A stretch of 57,768 nt of DNA, counting the filler, from Streblomastix strix (lineage: Eukaryota): assembly GCA_008636045.1 (NCBI GenBank). It is 3 parts of 3 records of this genome, joined end to end, with 100 filler letters (N's around TTAATTAATTAA, not from the genome) between each part and the next. Parts side by side here need not be neighbours in the genome. Positions count along the whole stretch, not along the records: positions 1 to 19,191 come from SNRW01000535.1; positions 19,292 to 38,480 come from SNRW01000536.1; 1 more part is not named here. One strand, given 5' to 3'. The position numbers were made by a program, and so were the translations under genes. Positions within the stretch are counted from its first letter, which is position 1. Each line of letters starts with the position of its first letter. The notes under the pieces were generated by a model. The model worked only from the letters and a program-made list of their open reading frames with translations, did no database searches and was not told the origin of the DNA. Positions 13,501 through 26,945 of the stretch are shown one piece after another.

Positions 13501-16500
13501 AGGAGATGAATTGCCTGGAGATTCTAACTTGGAGAAAGAAAAAGAAAAAGAAAAAGAAAAAGATGCATAAACAGAAAAAGAAAAATAATATTTAACTGAA
13601 ATTGAATAAACAGGGATAGAAAGGAGATTCATCCGCCCATCAACACCAATGAACCTTCTCATTAAAGAATTATATACAACCTGGGGAGTAGCTGAAGGTA
13701 TTCGCCTCTTCTTAACTGCTCTGCCTCCAATGAAAGATAATGAGCATATTAAAGCAGTTAATACATTGGCTGCTTTACCTGCTACTGTTATGCACGAAGT
13801 TACTACATCTAATTAAGTATTGGCTGTATTAGGTGGTGTTGGAGAAGGATAAGTTCCTGGATAAAGTTCTCCAATTGGAACTTCTCAATCAAACTAATTG
13901 GCATCTTCTTAATTAGATTAAGGTCAATACAATAAAGAAACTTAACCAATATAATAGCTAGCTTTTTAGACAATGGAGTAATAGTAACAAGAGAATTCAG
14001 AAGGTGAATAATAAAACCAATTGGAATTAAATCCATCAGCTGAAACACTTCTACATAGCTTATCATCAATTTCATTAAATCAGACATCTTCGCATGTTTA
14101 AAATCAAAAATAATCTTCATAACACACTCCTCTTCAAACATGGACCCAACCAATTGTATTTGGAATCAAAAGTGATGGCATTCTGTTATCTGATATTGGA
14201 AGGATGTTGAAGAATCAGCCACATCTGACATTTCATTATATTTTTAAATATACATCTGAGAAAGATGATAAATTGGACCACGTAACTAAAACTGAACACA
14301 TCGACACTGATCATTACAGTTCGCCATCTAGGAATAGCTAAGATGCATAGCTGAAAAGAAAAGTGAATTAATCATAGACGATTAGTAGATCAGATTCAGG
14401 GGATAAACTTCATCTGTCTTCTCATTCTCAATTACAATCATCAACTTCTCCACCCCATACAAGATTCTCTGTTTTTAGTAATCCAAATTTACCTTCAATA
14501 TCACCTTAATATGATATTAGACAATAACAGTAATTAAAAACAAGTGAAATTGGAATGATTGATATGATTGGTGTGGGATCAGAAGAAATGCCAAGAAGTG
14601 GATCATTCATGACATTAAAATAACAATAAAAAGCAAGATCAATTACACCTCTAAGAAATGAATCTATTAATAGATATGATAAAGACAAAGAAAAAGATCT
14701 TTCAGGAAATGCTTCTGACTTATTTGATATTGATTTAACTGATATTGATTTCTCAAGTTCTTCAATTGATTCTAATCATATAAACCATCATACTCCAACT
14801 ATTTTATCGATTGGTGACTCCTCATTAGAATCAAGATCAACATCTCCATCGTCCCCTTCATTATCAACAAGCAGTTCTTTCTCCTCGTCTTCATCTTCAT
14901 CTGAATTTGGATACAATAATAATCACAAAGATATTAAGACATATCTTGAGAAAGTATAAGACAAATAACAGAAACATGATGTGAAAAGGAAAGACAGAGC
15001 AGAAAGAGCTTATAGACACAAGTAAGAGAGGGAGAGAAGGAGATTGGAAAGAAGGAAGGCTAAAGCAGAGAAGTTTTAGAAAATGAAGCACAAAGCAGCA
15101 TAAGAAAGAAAGAAAAGAGAAAAAGAAGAGAAGAAATTGAGGAAGGAAAGAGACAAGAAGAGGAAAGATCGTAAATAAGCAATTCTTGATGATATAAATA
15201 ATGGTAAACTAGATCGTGATCTGATCTTATTGGAAAGAAAAGCTTAAAATTATTATATTGATTAAAGAGATGGAGGAAATTTTGATGATAAATTTAATTC
15301 AAATATTAACATTAACACTTCGCTTAATTTAGATGGAAGTGGAGGTGCTAATTTGGGAATGGTTAAATCGGGATCCAAGTTCTATCATTCATTTTAATAA
15401 CCTTTGCGCAATGTATCTGACAGATGCTGGGATTATTTAGCTATTTCTTAGCCAGGTAAGTAATTACACAATAATTGGAGAAGAGAAGTGAGAGAGAGAT
15501 AATAGTTGCATGGGAAAGCTAGTAAATGCTCAATGGATAAGAAATTGATTTAAGAAGATATTGAAGAAGCAGAAGTAGAAAATGAAGAAATAAACAAATT
15601 AAAGAAAAAAGTTTAAAGTCAAATTAAAAAAGGAGATAATAATAATTAAAACTAAACTGAAATTCAATCTTAATAACTTACAAAGAAAGACTCAATTAAT
15701 GATATACAATAGTTGAGTGAAATATCGCCGAAGAGATAAGAAATTAGTACTGAATTGTTGAATGAAAATGAGAATAGCAAAAATAAGAGTAAGAAAAGTA
15801 ATAATAAGGATAACAATAAAGATATTTGGACTCTTCTTCCTTATGAATATGATTGTCGTCTTATGGATGCCCTTGTTGATCTTCTTTCTACAAGTGTTGC
15901 AAGAACAAATGTTCTTAATCCTCCAAAACCAATTCCTTTATAATAAATTACTTCTTAATATTCATCATCGACTTCAGGGATATAGTCAAATGTTGATATT
16001 ATATTCAGTCCATAATCTGAGTAGACTATTTATCCGATTCCACTAACATAAACTTCTCCTTCTTCATCAACAAATGCAGCTCCATCATCATCATCATCTT
16101 CTTCTTCTTCAACTATTTCACAACCTCTTTTTCAAAACTCGCCAAATCTTTTTAATCAGAAATCAACATCAACAGTGACCAATGCAATAAGTAATGCAGT
16201 ACATGCTTCTACTTAAATTCCCCAATTGCCTCCATTTAGAGCATTAACTGTAGAATTGGCTTGTTAATTGATACTTAATATGCTCTAAGCAACAACTCAC
16301 TGGAATAAGTTATTCTTCTAACGAAGAGCTGACAGAGAATGGGTAAGAAGAGAAAGGAAGATTAAAGAGAATTAATTAAAGAAAGAAAGGAAAGAAAAAG
16401 AAAAATAAGAGAAAGAGAATGAGAAATAAAAGAAGAAATAATTATAATTATAATAATAGAAAGAAAAAGATAAAGAAGTTGATGAAGAAGAAGAGAAGAA

Positions 16501-19191
16501 TGAAGAAGAAAATAGTAATAAAAGTACTATTTAATCTAAAAAGAAAAAGAAAAAGAAAAAAATGGCAAAGACAAAGACTGATGAACAAAGTTTAAAAATG
16601 GGAAAAGTAATTAATGAATTGCAGGATAAATAATAATAAAGCAAAGAAAAATAGTCATTACCACCTCAACCTCCACCTTCAACAACTGATTCTATATCAT
16701 CATAATCAGCATCCATTACAAGACCCAAATCTCCAATAAAACCCATTCCACCAAGTCCATAATAGAATGAAGTACAATAATCATCATCTACTTAATAATA
16801 ATCTAAACATCCTCCAGAGCCTCCCCCACCAGCTTCTATACCATTGTAACCTCCTTAACCTCCTAAACCACTTGATGAGTAATTAAATTCAAATAAAAAC
16901 ATTCAAATATAAGAATAAAAAACAGTTGATATTAAATAAGATTAATAAACAAGCGATATTGTTTAAAAATAAAAATCAATTTAGAATTAAGAATCACAAA
17001 TGACGTAGAAATAAGTTATTTCAAAAGAACAATCAGAAAGTGTAAATGTAGATGATCAAGATTAATATCTCTACATCTAAGATCATCAGCCTTCTTTATC
17101 AAATCTAATTCCTCCAACATAACTTAGCTGGTGGCATTCTATTAGATTAAGGGAAGCTTATTCGGTTTATCTTTCATTACTATTAAGATATTCTTCTATA
17201 GATGCAATTGATGGACTTGTTGATAATTGTAATAAAGTGAATAATTAAACTTAAGTTGAATTGTATAAACAGATACAAAATGAAAAAAGAGGAAAGAAAA
17301 AAGTTGGATTTTCGTAATATTTACCAAAGTAAATCAGAATAAATTCATTTTTACCATCCCCATTCTTTCCATACTTTTCAGATATTGTTTGGGATGAGTT
17401 TGAAAACTCTCCATTTAGTATTACTTGCATACCTAAATATAATTAAAATAAAGAAGATAATGAAAAAAGTTAGAAGTTAGGATTTGGATAATAGAATAGA
17501 TCATAAGCAATAATGTAGCTAACAACACTTTCAGGATCGATTTTGTTAAATTCTTAATCTTAGTCAACATCATAATCGTCTTCTTTATCAAATGAACCCA
17601 AATTGATTCAAGCAGATTTATTTAGTTAACCAGTACCTTAATTATATGACCCTGAATTCGATTTTCGATTTCCATAATTAATGCTTCCTTTGTTGGAAAC
17701 TTCTATTTCAAATCTAAATATTAGTGAAACATCGCTTCCTGCTATAATTGGAGCTGCTGAAAGTGCTGCTGAAGCTGAGTTTGCGTTTATTGAAAAATCA
17801 CAGTTAATATATAAAGTATCAAATGAAGAAAAGAAAGACGATATTAAAAGAGATGAAGATTCAAATGAGAAGGAAAAATAGAAAGAAAAAGATAATGAAA
17901 AAGTTAAGGAGAAATAAATTTAGAAAGAAGGAAGTGAAAAGAAAATATCTCCATCACCTGTGCCTCTTTAAACTACTGGAGATGAAAAAATAGAGAAACA
18001 TACTGAATAAGATAGCAAAGAGAATAGACCACAATCTCCACTAAAGAAAATGATAGAACCATATTATATAACAACTTAGTCATCTTTATCTCCATAATAA
18101 TAATAGCAATTATTGTAATAATCGTAAGAGCGATTGGAAATAGCACTTCCTACTTCATTAATATTGGCTTCAATTTCATAATCACAATTAGAAAGAAGAA
18201 GAAAGAGAATTAAAAAAATGGTGAGTGTTTGGATTGGATAGAAAACATTGGAAATTCGGAGAAATTAGTTGAAATAAAAGTTAATTGAAAGAGCATTGAA
18301 ATAGATTTAAATGCATAATAAGAAGAATCAAAAGAAATTGATGAAGGAGAAACAGAAATAAAAAGAAATTATGAAGTAGAAGAAGAAAAAAGGCGAAATA
18401 TTGGATGAAAAAGAGAAAAAGAAAGAAAAATTGCCAAAGAAAGACAAATCTCACAAAGAAGGGAAGAAAATAGAAAAATAATAAGAAACAAAAGATTAAT
18501 AATAAGAACTGAAGTTGGATAAATAAAATGAATTATTAGATAATAATGAATATAATAAGGAAATGGATGAAAAAATAGAGGAAATTAAAGTAAATGAAAA
18601 TGAAAAGGAGAAAGAAGATGATTAAAAAGTAGAAAATGAAGAGAAATAAAAGATTTAAAACTAATAAAATGATTATGATTAATAAGATGGGCAATAAAAT
18701 AAAAAAGATGAAGAAAAAATATAGAAAAGAAAAGAAGATTCATCTGAAATTAAAAATAGAAAATTGAAAATTGAAGACGATAATAAAATTAATGTTCACG
18801 ATGCTAATGAAAATGATGAAGATGAAGATGTGGTAAATGATGATCTTGAATTATTTGCTAGTACTATAATAATTAAAGCAAAAACTAGAAGTAAAATTCC
18901 TAAAAATGTACCAGTTAAGAAGGAAGAATAAATAAGTTCTCTAACTGAGGGAAAGGGCTAAAATGTCTTGAACAATAAAACTGAGAAGGAGAACAATATA
19001 ATTGGATAGGAATAAATTATTGGTGATGCAATTAAACTGTATTAAAATTAAAATGAAATATCAGCTATAGATTAGAATGTGATAGTTGATGAATATATTG
19101 ATAAAGGTTAGTAGGAAAATAAAATTAATGAAAAAGAAGAAAATAATGAGAACGTGAAAGAAATAATAAAAGTAGAATAATCAAATAAATA
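7547..19191 (+). CDS. 3'-partial giant FPL-domain (CLEC16A/TT9-like) protein; exons 7547-7707, 7776-8067, 8147->19191
   Basis: Two GT-AG introns keep frame. EVFEKDLSITMLILL and TFPVFDIATSFINFPDAQLNGQSRDIINNI resemble the FPL domain. Frame +2 was spot-checked as open over ~11 kb, and track ORFs 15755 and 17681 are in that frame. Long Q/S/E/K low-complexity inserts. Confidence 0.7.
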
Positions 19192-19291
19192 NNNNNNNNN
19201 NNNNNNNNNNNNNNNNNNNNNNNNNNNNNNNNNNNTTAATTAATTAANNNNNNNNNNNNNNNNNNNNNNNNNNNNNNNNNNNNNNNNNNNN
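19192..19291. other. Artificial contig linker (N44-TTAATTAATTAA-N44)
   Basis: 100-nt spacer with six-frame TAA core, identical to the one at 38481. Flanking pieces are 19191, 19189 and 19188 nt. Confidence 0.97.
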
Positions 19292-20847
19292 CCAATGCAT
19301 TGCCATCATCATCATCTGTTTTAACTATTTTATTTCCTTCTTGGTGTGCTCTATCTGGATGTTCAAAAATTGCAACTGGTGGAATAGAATCAATGGAAGA
19401 TATAGCTTTTATATTTAATAGAAAAGAAAATAAAAAAAGATAATATATTAATATCAAAATTTATTAAAATAGTCAACCGTGCATTGAAGAATGAAGAACT
19501 TTTGTATTCTTTTTTGGAATATCACTTTTATCTAACTCTTTTGCAAGCTCATCCTTCAATCTAATAATTTCTTCTTTTTCTTTCTCTCGTTCTTTTTGCA
19601 TCTTAAGAAATACTCTAATTGTCTCTTATTCCATTATCTTTTTAGTAGATGGACGTTTAGATGAAATCTAATATAGAATAAATATGAAATATTAAAAATA
19701 AATAATTAATGAATGTCAAACTGGATCGAGCATTGATTCAATGAGTTCTTTCATCTCTCTAGAAATCCAATCTGGGATCTTCTCATTTGATCCTTTCTTA
19801 ATTTTATCAATTGTATCAATTTCTGATCCACCTTCATACGAATGTCGACCTGTTAACATCTAAAACACTATCAGTCCTACAGCGAAGATGTCACTTCCGA
19901 AGTCCATCCTGAATATAATTCAATATAATATTTAAATATATAATTATATTATCCATCATATAAATATATACCTCTTCAGTTGAAATACTTCTGGTCCTTG
20001 ATATGCACTATAATAATAAATAATTTAAAATAAAAATAGTAATAAATAAAATCAATTCAAACTTTGTACCTGAAACTGATCCATATTCATCTCCATCCAT
20101 ATTTTGAGATACTCCAAAATCTGTTGAATAATAAAAATAAATAAATATTTAAATAAAATTAATTAATTTAAAACCCAATCGAACAGATCCATCTGACATC
20201 ACAAATATATTCGATGGTTTGAGATCACTGATATTAATTATAAATAATAAATAATAATAAGAATCAAATTATATTCACAAGCCGATGAATTATTCCCATT
20301 GAATGCAGGTAGTCAAGAGCACGAATCATCTATCCAACAATCTCCCACACACGCTATTAAACAATATAATATAATACAATAATAAATAATATTAAATAAA
20401 TAAAAATATTATAAACTATGATTCTTTCTTTTTCTGGAAGTTTTTGTAATTCAACGATTGTATTCCGAAGGTCTCCATCAGGACAATATTCCATTACCAT
20501 GAACAGTTCATCATTCTAAACAAATGTATCAATAAGACGAACCTAATATAATAAAACAAAAGAATAAAACCCATTTTAAAAACGAATTGAAAAAATATTC
20601 AAACTGTGAATCGTGAATCTAAACGACTCATCTATGCAACTTCTTCATCAGCTCTCTTCTTATCTTCTTCTTCTAAGTAATCTACGCTCTTCAATACATA
20701 AATTCCCATCGTTGAAAGTTTCTTTGCAAGAAAAGTTTTTCCCTTTGCACTGCCAGGCAGCTTTTTAATCTTTTTGACTGAAATTTACAAAAATAGTATA
20801 AAACACAACATTTAAATAATAAGCGTACAATCTTCGATACGTGACAT
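19292..20847 (-). CDS. 3'-partial NEK-like Ser/Thr kinase, multi-intron
   Basis: MSRIED|FKKIKKLPGSAKGKTF..YVLKSV..ADEEV..MVMEYCPDGDL..LHSMGIIHR|DLKPSNIF..DFG..GT|NAYQGPE..DIFAVGLIVF. Coiled-coil tail runs off the contig end. Confidence 0.88.
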
Positions 20848-21519
20848 GATAAATTGAATGCTATCCCTACAAGAAATATAAATTAATAATTATTAATGTG
20901 AAAATACGAGATGGAAAAAAAAATAAAATTTGTTTAAGTATAGGCAGCTTCCGTCAAATAATAATTTGTTTAATACAATAAATTAGATGATTTATTTATA
21001 TATGCTACATTATTATAAATGGAGCTATGCAATAATTGTTATATAGAGCGTGGCGAGGCGATGAATAAAAATAGATTATTTCATCAAAATTTGAGATCAT
21101 ATGTTAGTTATCGAGGAAAATTTTACTTTGAAAGTATACAAATAATTTATGTCTATGGATATTAATATGTGATTATCAACTTGATTTTCTGAATATGTAG
21201 AAAAACTACATAGAACTTTTATTTCGATGTGAAGTGTGCATTTATTTATTTATATAATACAATGTTCTACCCATAATGATGAAGAAACATAATTTTGTGA
21301 TAAAATTTAATTTAATTCAAATACGCACCAGGAAACTGACAATATAGTAAAACAAAAATATTTTTCTTAATTTTTCTAAACCCCCATCGCATAATGAAAG
21401 ATGCAAATGCATTTATTTTATTAGAATAATTTATTAATTGTACCGTATAGATTTTGTAAACTATTTATATTTATTTGATTAGAAATATATATATAATTAA
21501 AATCATTAATAACATTTCC

Positions 21520-21890
21520 TCTTGTTCTATTTAGGACTCTTTTCATTAATTTCAACATCCATATCAAATAGGTGATTGTTATGTTATAATAGAATTTCCT
21601 AAGAAAGCCTTGAGCTATTACAAAAAATATAAATTAAAAAAATAATAAAATAATTATTAATAAAAAAAAGTAAATGAATTTATTTTTTAATAAATATTTT
21701 CCTTTAAAAGCACAAAACAACTTTTATCCAGTTAAAGTTGATGTTTCAAAAAATATTAGGTTCTTTTAATCTGAGAACTTTCTTGTAATATCTTTATTCA
21801 CTTTCTTTTATTCAATAAGGTCACAATTATTACCAAGAACCATTTTCACTACAGTAGTGGATAAAAATGAAGCCTGCCCTAAAATCTAAA
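21520..21890 (-). pseudogene. Rab/Ras-like small GTPase C-terminal fragment, degenerate
   Basis: VVKMVLGNNCDLIEQKKV..RKFSDQKNLIFFETST gives altered G4 (NKxD) and G5 (ETSA). No intact P-loop or DTAGQ motif was found upstream. Confidence 0.55.
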
Positions 21891-23380
21891 ACATAAAAAG
21901 CTTATTCGGGGTAGAAATTAATATCTTTTAATGAAAATGACGAATTACAACTAATATTTTATAGGATTGTCCAAAAAATTATTTAATCATTGTAATCAAA
22001 ATGGTTATTGTTTTTAGATTTGTTGGAATAACTTTACTAGTTCAAAAGAAATGAATTATCTTGAATGAATAAATTTATTATTGTAAAAGAATTGATATTT
22101 ATTGTTGATGAATAAATTTATTATTATGAAAGTAATTGAGTTGCACTATGGTATTGAATATTGAAGTGGATTGCTTATTTGATTAATGAATGGGAATACA
22201 ATTTACGATAATTTTTTCATATTTTTGATATTTTGGCAGGCTTCTTTTTTTACCCACTACAGATAGCATAAACCCATGATTTAAGCTTTGAATTCTAATT
22301 TATATGTCTAGTTTGATCGGTCGAATCAAATTTTATTGATGAAATTGAATATGTATCTTCGAGTATTAAGTCGATTGTTGAAATACATTATTTGAAGAAA
22401 TTGATGTTGATGAACTGATTCAGAATCACAAATAAACATCATTTTTGGATTCCTCACATGCGATATGACCTTAGTGAAGAATATAAACGAGATATGAAAA
22501 ATTGAGAAAATTGATGAGTTTCCAATAATCTCTTAGTTTATTATATTTTAAATATGAAGGCAGTTAAAAAATTGAAATCTATAGTGAAAAATATATGTTC
22601 CTTGATTAACTTGACAGTTTATATCTTAGTTAATGATGACATATTGATCACAAATATGATGTAAAAAGTTAGTAGTTGGACTGATGGTTCGGTCCAATTA
22701 AGCGAATTAATGAAAAAAGATAAATGGTACAGATAAATTGATTGATTTGCTAAAGTCAGCTTCGCTGGCTTTTGTAAAGAAAAATGTCCAAGGTTAATGA
22801 AATGCGATTAGTGTGTATGTACTAGCGTAGCGGAGAAATTGATTGAATCGTCCATGTATCCAGTGTGTCTAGGGTGTGCATAGTTGAAAATTTCAATCGG
22901 AAGAATCTGCCATTAGCCATTTCACCATAAATTATATTGAAATTAATGAGTGAATTATTGAAATGGATAAATTGATTGAATTATCTATGTGTGCAGGCGT
23001 GCACGGTTAGAAAGCTAAAATTGGTGAAACAAAATTTGTACCGTTAGTCGCTCGGAGTTATAATCTGAGATAACGACTGAAAAATTTTAATATCATTAAA
23101 TACAAAACTTTAGAATACGCAAGTCAAAATTGACAAATAATTATTGTTTGTGTCTGTATCTAATGTGCTTTTTCAAAAATTTTTGTCTATATTAAAATAT
23201 TACTAAAAAAATATATTTATAGTGATAGGCAGCAAAAGGACTATTTATTATAAAATTAAGTATAAAATATTTTGTAATTATATATAATAATTTATTTAAA
23301 ACACTTATAATTATTGAAAACATATTTCTAAAGTAAAATCATTAATATAAATATTATAAAAATTTAAATCAAAAAAATAT

Positions 23381-24040
23381 CCAATTGGTCAGCTCCCACT
23401 AATGCAAATTTCATCTATGTTGAGCCTACAGTTGTATCAAGCAGTTCTTTATCTAATTATTATTCTTCACGAAGTTGCTACCGTTCAGATACATCGAAAT
23501 GTTTAACAAATTGATCTGAGCCATATGCAGTAAATTGTAGTTTGACTGGCAAATTGCTCTTATAATAGAAGTTTGTCGTCTTGATCAATTGCTAGGGTCG
23601 AATGTAATTAGTATACTACTAATAATAATAACAAAAACAAATGTGAAAGAATTATTAATTATATAATTAAATGAAAAATAATAAAACAAATAATAATTAA
23701 CATTTAAATTTTATTGAACATACCTGAGTAAGCGTCTAACCATCAGATCTAGTACTCATGCATTAAAGATGATCATAAGTTACATATACTACTAATACGT
23801 ACATTCTATACTCCTCCATTGCTGCTACAAGCTACTGAACATTGCGACAAATCTTCAATTCACGCACTTAATCTTCTGATTCTCCAATCATAGTTACACC
23901 TGAATGGTAGAATGTTGTCGCACTTGCTATTTCTTCATGTGCATTTCAAATTACATATAATATTCTTTCAGAATCTTGTCCAAGTTTTCTTATCTTTATT
24001 TTATTTTATCATGAAATCGCTTCAGTTTCTGATGGATTTA
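23381..24040 (-). pseudogene. Unidentified two-exon host gene fragment
   Basis: Coding-like exons ~23381-23616 and ~23724-24040 flank an AT-rich GT-AG intron, with an in-frame TGA near 23947. No family recognised. Confidence 0.35.
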
Positions 24041-24554
24041 AACAGATATTAAATATCAAATATTTAGAAATAATTAAAAAAAATATAAAAATAATTTGAT
24101 TACTATAAAATTATACTACAAAAATATATGTTTTAAAAGTAAAACAGTTTTAATGTAGAAAATTTGAGTATCTATTTTGTAGTTTAACGCATTTAAAATA
24201 TTTATTATTAATTATAAATAATTGATAAATAATAAATTTTAATTGAAATTAATGATAAAAGTAGCAAATTATAGTTTGAATAAAGAGTAAATGTTTCTTT
24301 AATTATACTGTCTTATTTTCCCGCTCAAATGAAAATTAAATTATTAAATGTTATAAATAATTGATAAAATAAATAAAAATAAACATATTGAATATCAGAA
24401 ACATATCTATTTTGACTCTGCAGTTGCTGAAAGTGGCTAATTATAAAGCGGAGAGTTCAAATACCTCATAAAGGTCAAAAATTTAGCTCAAAATTTGATT
24501 GTTTTATAGAATAAAAAAGTATAATTAATAATTTTATAAAATTTTTAAAAATTA

Positions 24555-26941
24555 TTCAATGTTAACCATAAGAAATTGAATTTGAAAGTGAAGTTTGTTG
24601 ATATGTTAACGTACCTTTAACCTATGGAACTAAAGTAAGCAGCAAAAGATTTTGGTGACGGATATGATGATAAAAAGGGCTTATTTTATTATGAATTTTT
24701 AATATCGGGAACACTAATGAAGTTTTAAGTAAATCAGAGCCATTTATAATGGAAGATTTCAACTCATCATTAAAGAAATCTAAAATTTGTTAGAAGGATT
24801 ATTAAATTTATCTAGAAGATGAAAAACGATTTAAAAATAGAAAGAACTATTTTGTAATATTATAATGAATATGATACTTATATTATAGTCAAACCTTTAA
24901 TGACTCTAATTAGCTCACAATTTAAATATGAGATTGATATGTTTAATTTTATAAATATGGCAGCTTGCTCTAATGCTATCAATTATGCTAAAGCGTATGA
25001 AGATTTTAACATTAATGGATTATATCCTAATTTTGAAGATTAATCCTAGAAATTTTATTTAACAGAGAACTATTGGTAGAGTAAAGTGAAAAGATATCTA
25101 TCGTAAGATAAACATAAAAAAAGAGATGCAATAAATATTGTATAAGACAGTGATTTCGAATATTTCAAACAATTTTTCAAAGATTCTAATTGCAGCATTT
25201 GTTATAATAAATTCACTTTTGATAATAAGCCGACATTAGATAGAATCGATAATTTAAAAAGTCATTTAAAAGATAACGTTTAACCATGTTGTTTGTATTG
25301 CAATTGTTTCTGTTCTAACAAAGACAATAATATAGGTAAATTGTTTATATAATTACGAAAATATTGTATGATTAGATGTTTACCAACTAATCTTACAGAT
25401 ATTGATGTATATCTTTTAATCAGATCAGGGATAACTGGTGGATTATCAAATGTAATGCATCGAGTTAATAGATCAGGAATTGATTTTATTAAACGATTAT
25501 GGTATGATAAGGAAGCCAAGAAAGTTACTGTTTTAACAACTGATCACCGAATAACTCATGTGGTTGGAATTGATTTTAATTCTTTATATTCTAGTATTAT
25601 GTTATCAGAATCACATAAATTTATAAAATATACCAATTGAAAAATGTATATGTGGATCATAAACAGGTCAGGTAGTGGGGGGACGATGACCATTCAAAAT
25701 AAACAATATCAGGAATAATTAATAGCAAAAAGGGATTCACAGAAGATGGCTAATTATTCGTTGCTGAAGTTAAAGGTCATATTGATGAGAACTACCTTAA
25801 TTATTATATTAACTTCCCACCTATTCTAAGGAATTATGAATTCACTACTGATGAAAGAACTATCGGATCTTATATGTTTAATCATAAGAAAGATAACAAG
25901 ATTAAGATAGATCGAAAGTAAAGAAACCTCACTAATCTATCATCAACGATGGGAGAATATATGGCATTTATTTCATACTATTTATGGTTCTTAATTGATG
26001 ATTGATATTTTATTATAGATGATGTGAAATAGATAATTCTGTTCAATTAACATGATTAATTCAATTCATTTATTAAAAAAGTCACTAAAAACAGAATTGA
26101 AGCAAAATTAGATGAGAATAAAGGAAAAGAATAGTTTTTTAAAATAGTTACGAATAGCTCATATGGTAGTGATTGAATGAATACAGAGAAATATCATAAA
26201 GTTAAAATGATGAATAGGAAGTAAAAAGAAAGAGTTATTAGATCTAATTGCTTTCATGGACGAACAAATGATATCTGAAGACAGTTATCTAGTATAAACG
26301 AATCTAGAGCTTTGTAGTCGTAAAACTCCTTTATAAGTTGCCTTCATTGTATTAGATAATGCTAAATATTGGTATCTAAACTTCAAATATAACTTTATCT
26401 ATAAATGCTTAGATATGGATAATATACATTTTATCGAAGGAGATACTGATTAAGCTTATTTGGCAATTAGCGGAAATCCTAATGAAGATTTTACTTAGAA
26501 ACTTAATGCAGTAGTTAAGGTCAGAGATTTTTATAATGAGAATGCTAAGTATTTCTTCCCCACAATTAGAGGTGACGTTTATGATGAGATGAAAATCCTT
26601 GGATTAGCAATTGAACGACAAGGTCCATTAATGATTGCATTAGTTCCCAAAAATTATATCATATTCAAAAATTATTTTGATGAATCAAAAATAAAATTAA
26701 AAGAAGTTAATTAGAAAACTTAGCAAGATCACTAATGACCAGATAGTCGATTGCATTAATGAAGGTAAGATAACGAAATGCACTAATATGAGATTGGGAT
26801 AGAAGAATCATTAGATGAGTTAATTATCAAATTGAGAAAAATGGAATCACAGGAATTTATTCAAAAATGATAGTGATAGAGAATCAATCATGCTGCCCTT
26901 TTATGTACGGATTAACTGCTAAGGATTATTCGGTTTAGTGA
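24555..26941 (+). pseudogene. Protein-primed family B DNA polymerase (pPolB), 5'-truncated and frameshifted
   Basis: VKFVDML..KKGLF.YE; SGITGGLS; motif A VGIDFNSLYSS; motif B KIVTNSSYG; motif C FIEGDTD. Several internal TGAs and frameshifts. Terminal TGA 26939-26941. Confidence 0.9.
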
Positions 26942-26945
26942 ATGT

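Noticed and set aside
1319..15091. Hydrophobic Phe/Ile/Leu-rich minus-strand ORFs in the track (1319, 6287, 6306, 12694, 13222, 14897 etc.)
   Set aside because: Antisense shadows of Lys/Glu/Asp-rich plus-strand coding sequence.
1..19191. Frequent TAA/TAG read as mass pseudogenisation or stop readthrough
   Set aside because: They fall in Gln-like contexts in long single frames that end at TGA. Codon reassignment explains them.
19192..19291. TTAATTAATTAA palindrome within N runs (also at 38481-38580)
   Set aside because: Artificial linker between length-sorted contigs, so no synteny can be inferred across it. Track ORFs 19236-19457 and 38529-38765 end in the linker.
21890..22950. Possible N-terminal half of the Rab-like gene (FIFKI..IIGNSS on the minus strand)
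   Set aside because: Broken frames and no GxxxxGKS or DTAGQ motif. Too weak to call.
24050..24550. Possible terminal inverted repeat of the viral element
   Set aside because: No matching inverted sequence near 37000, and pPolB appears cut mid-gene.
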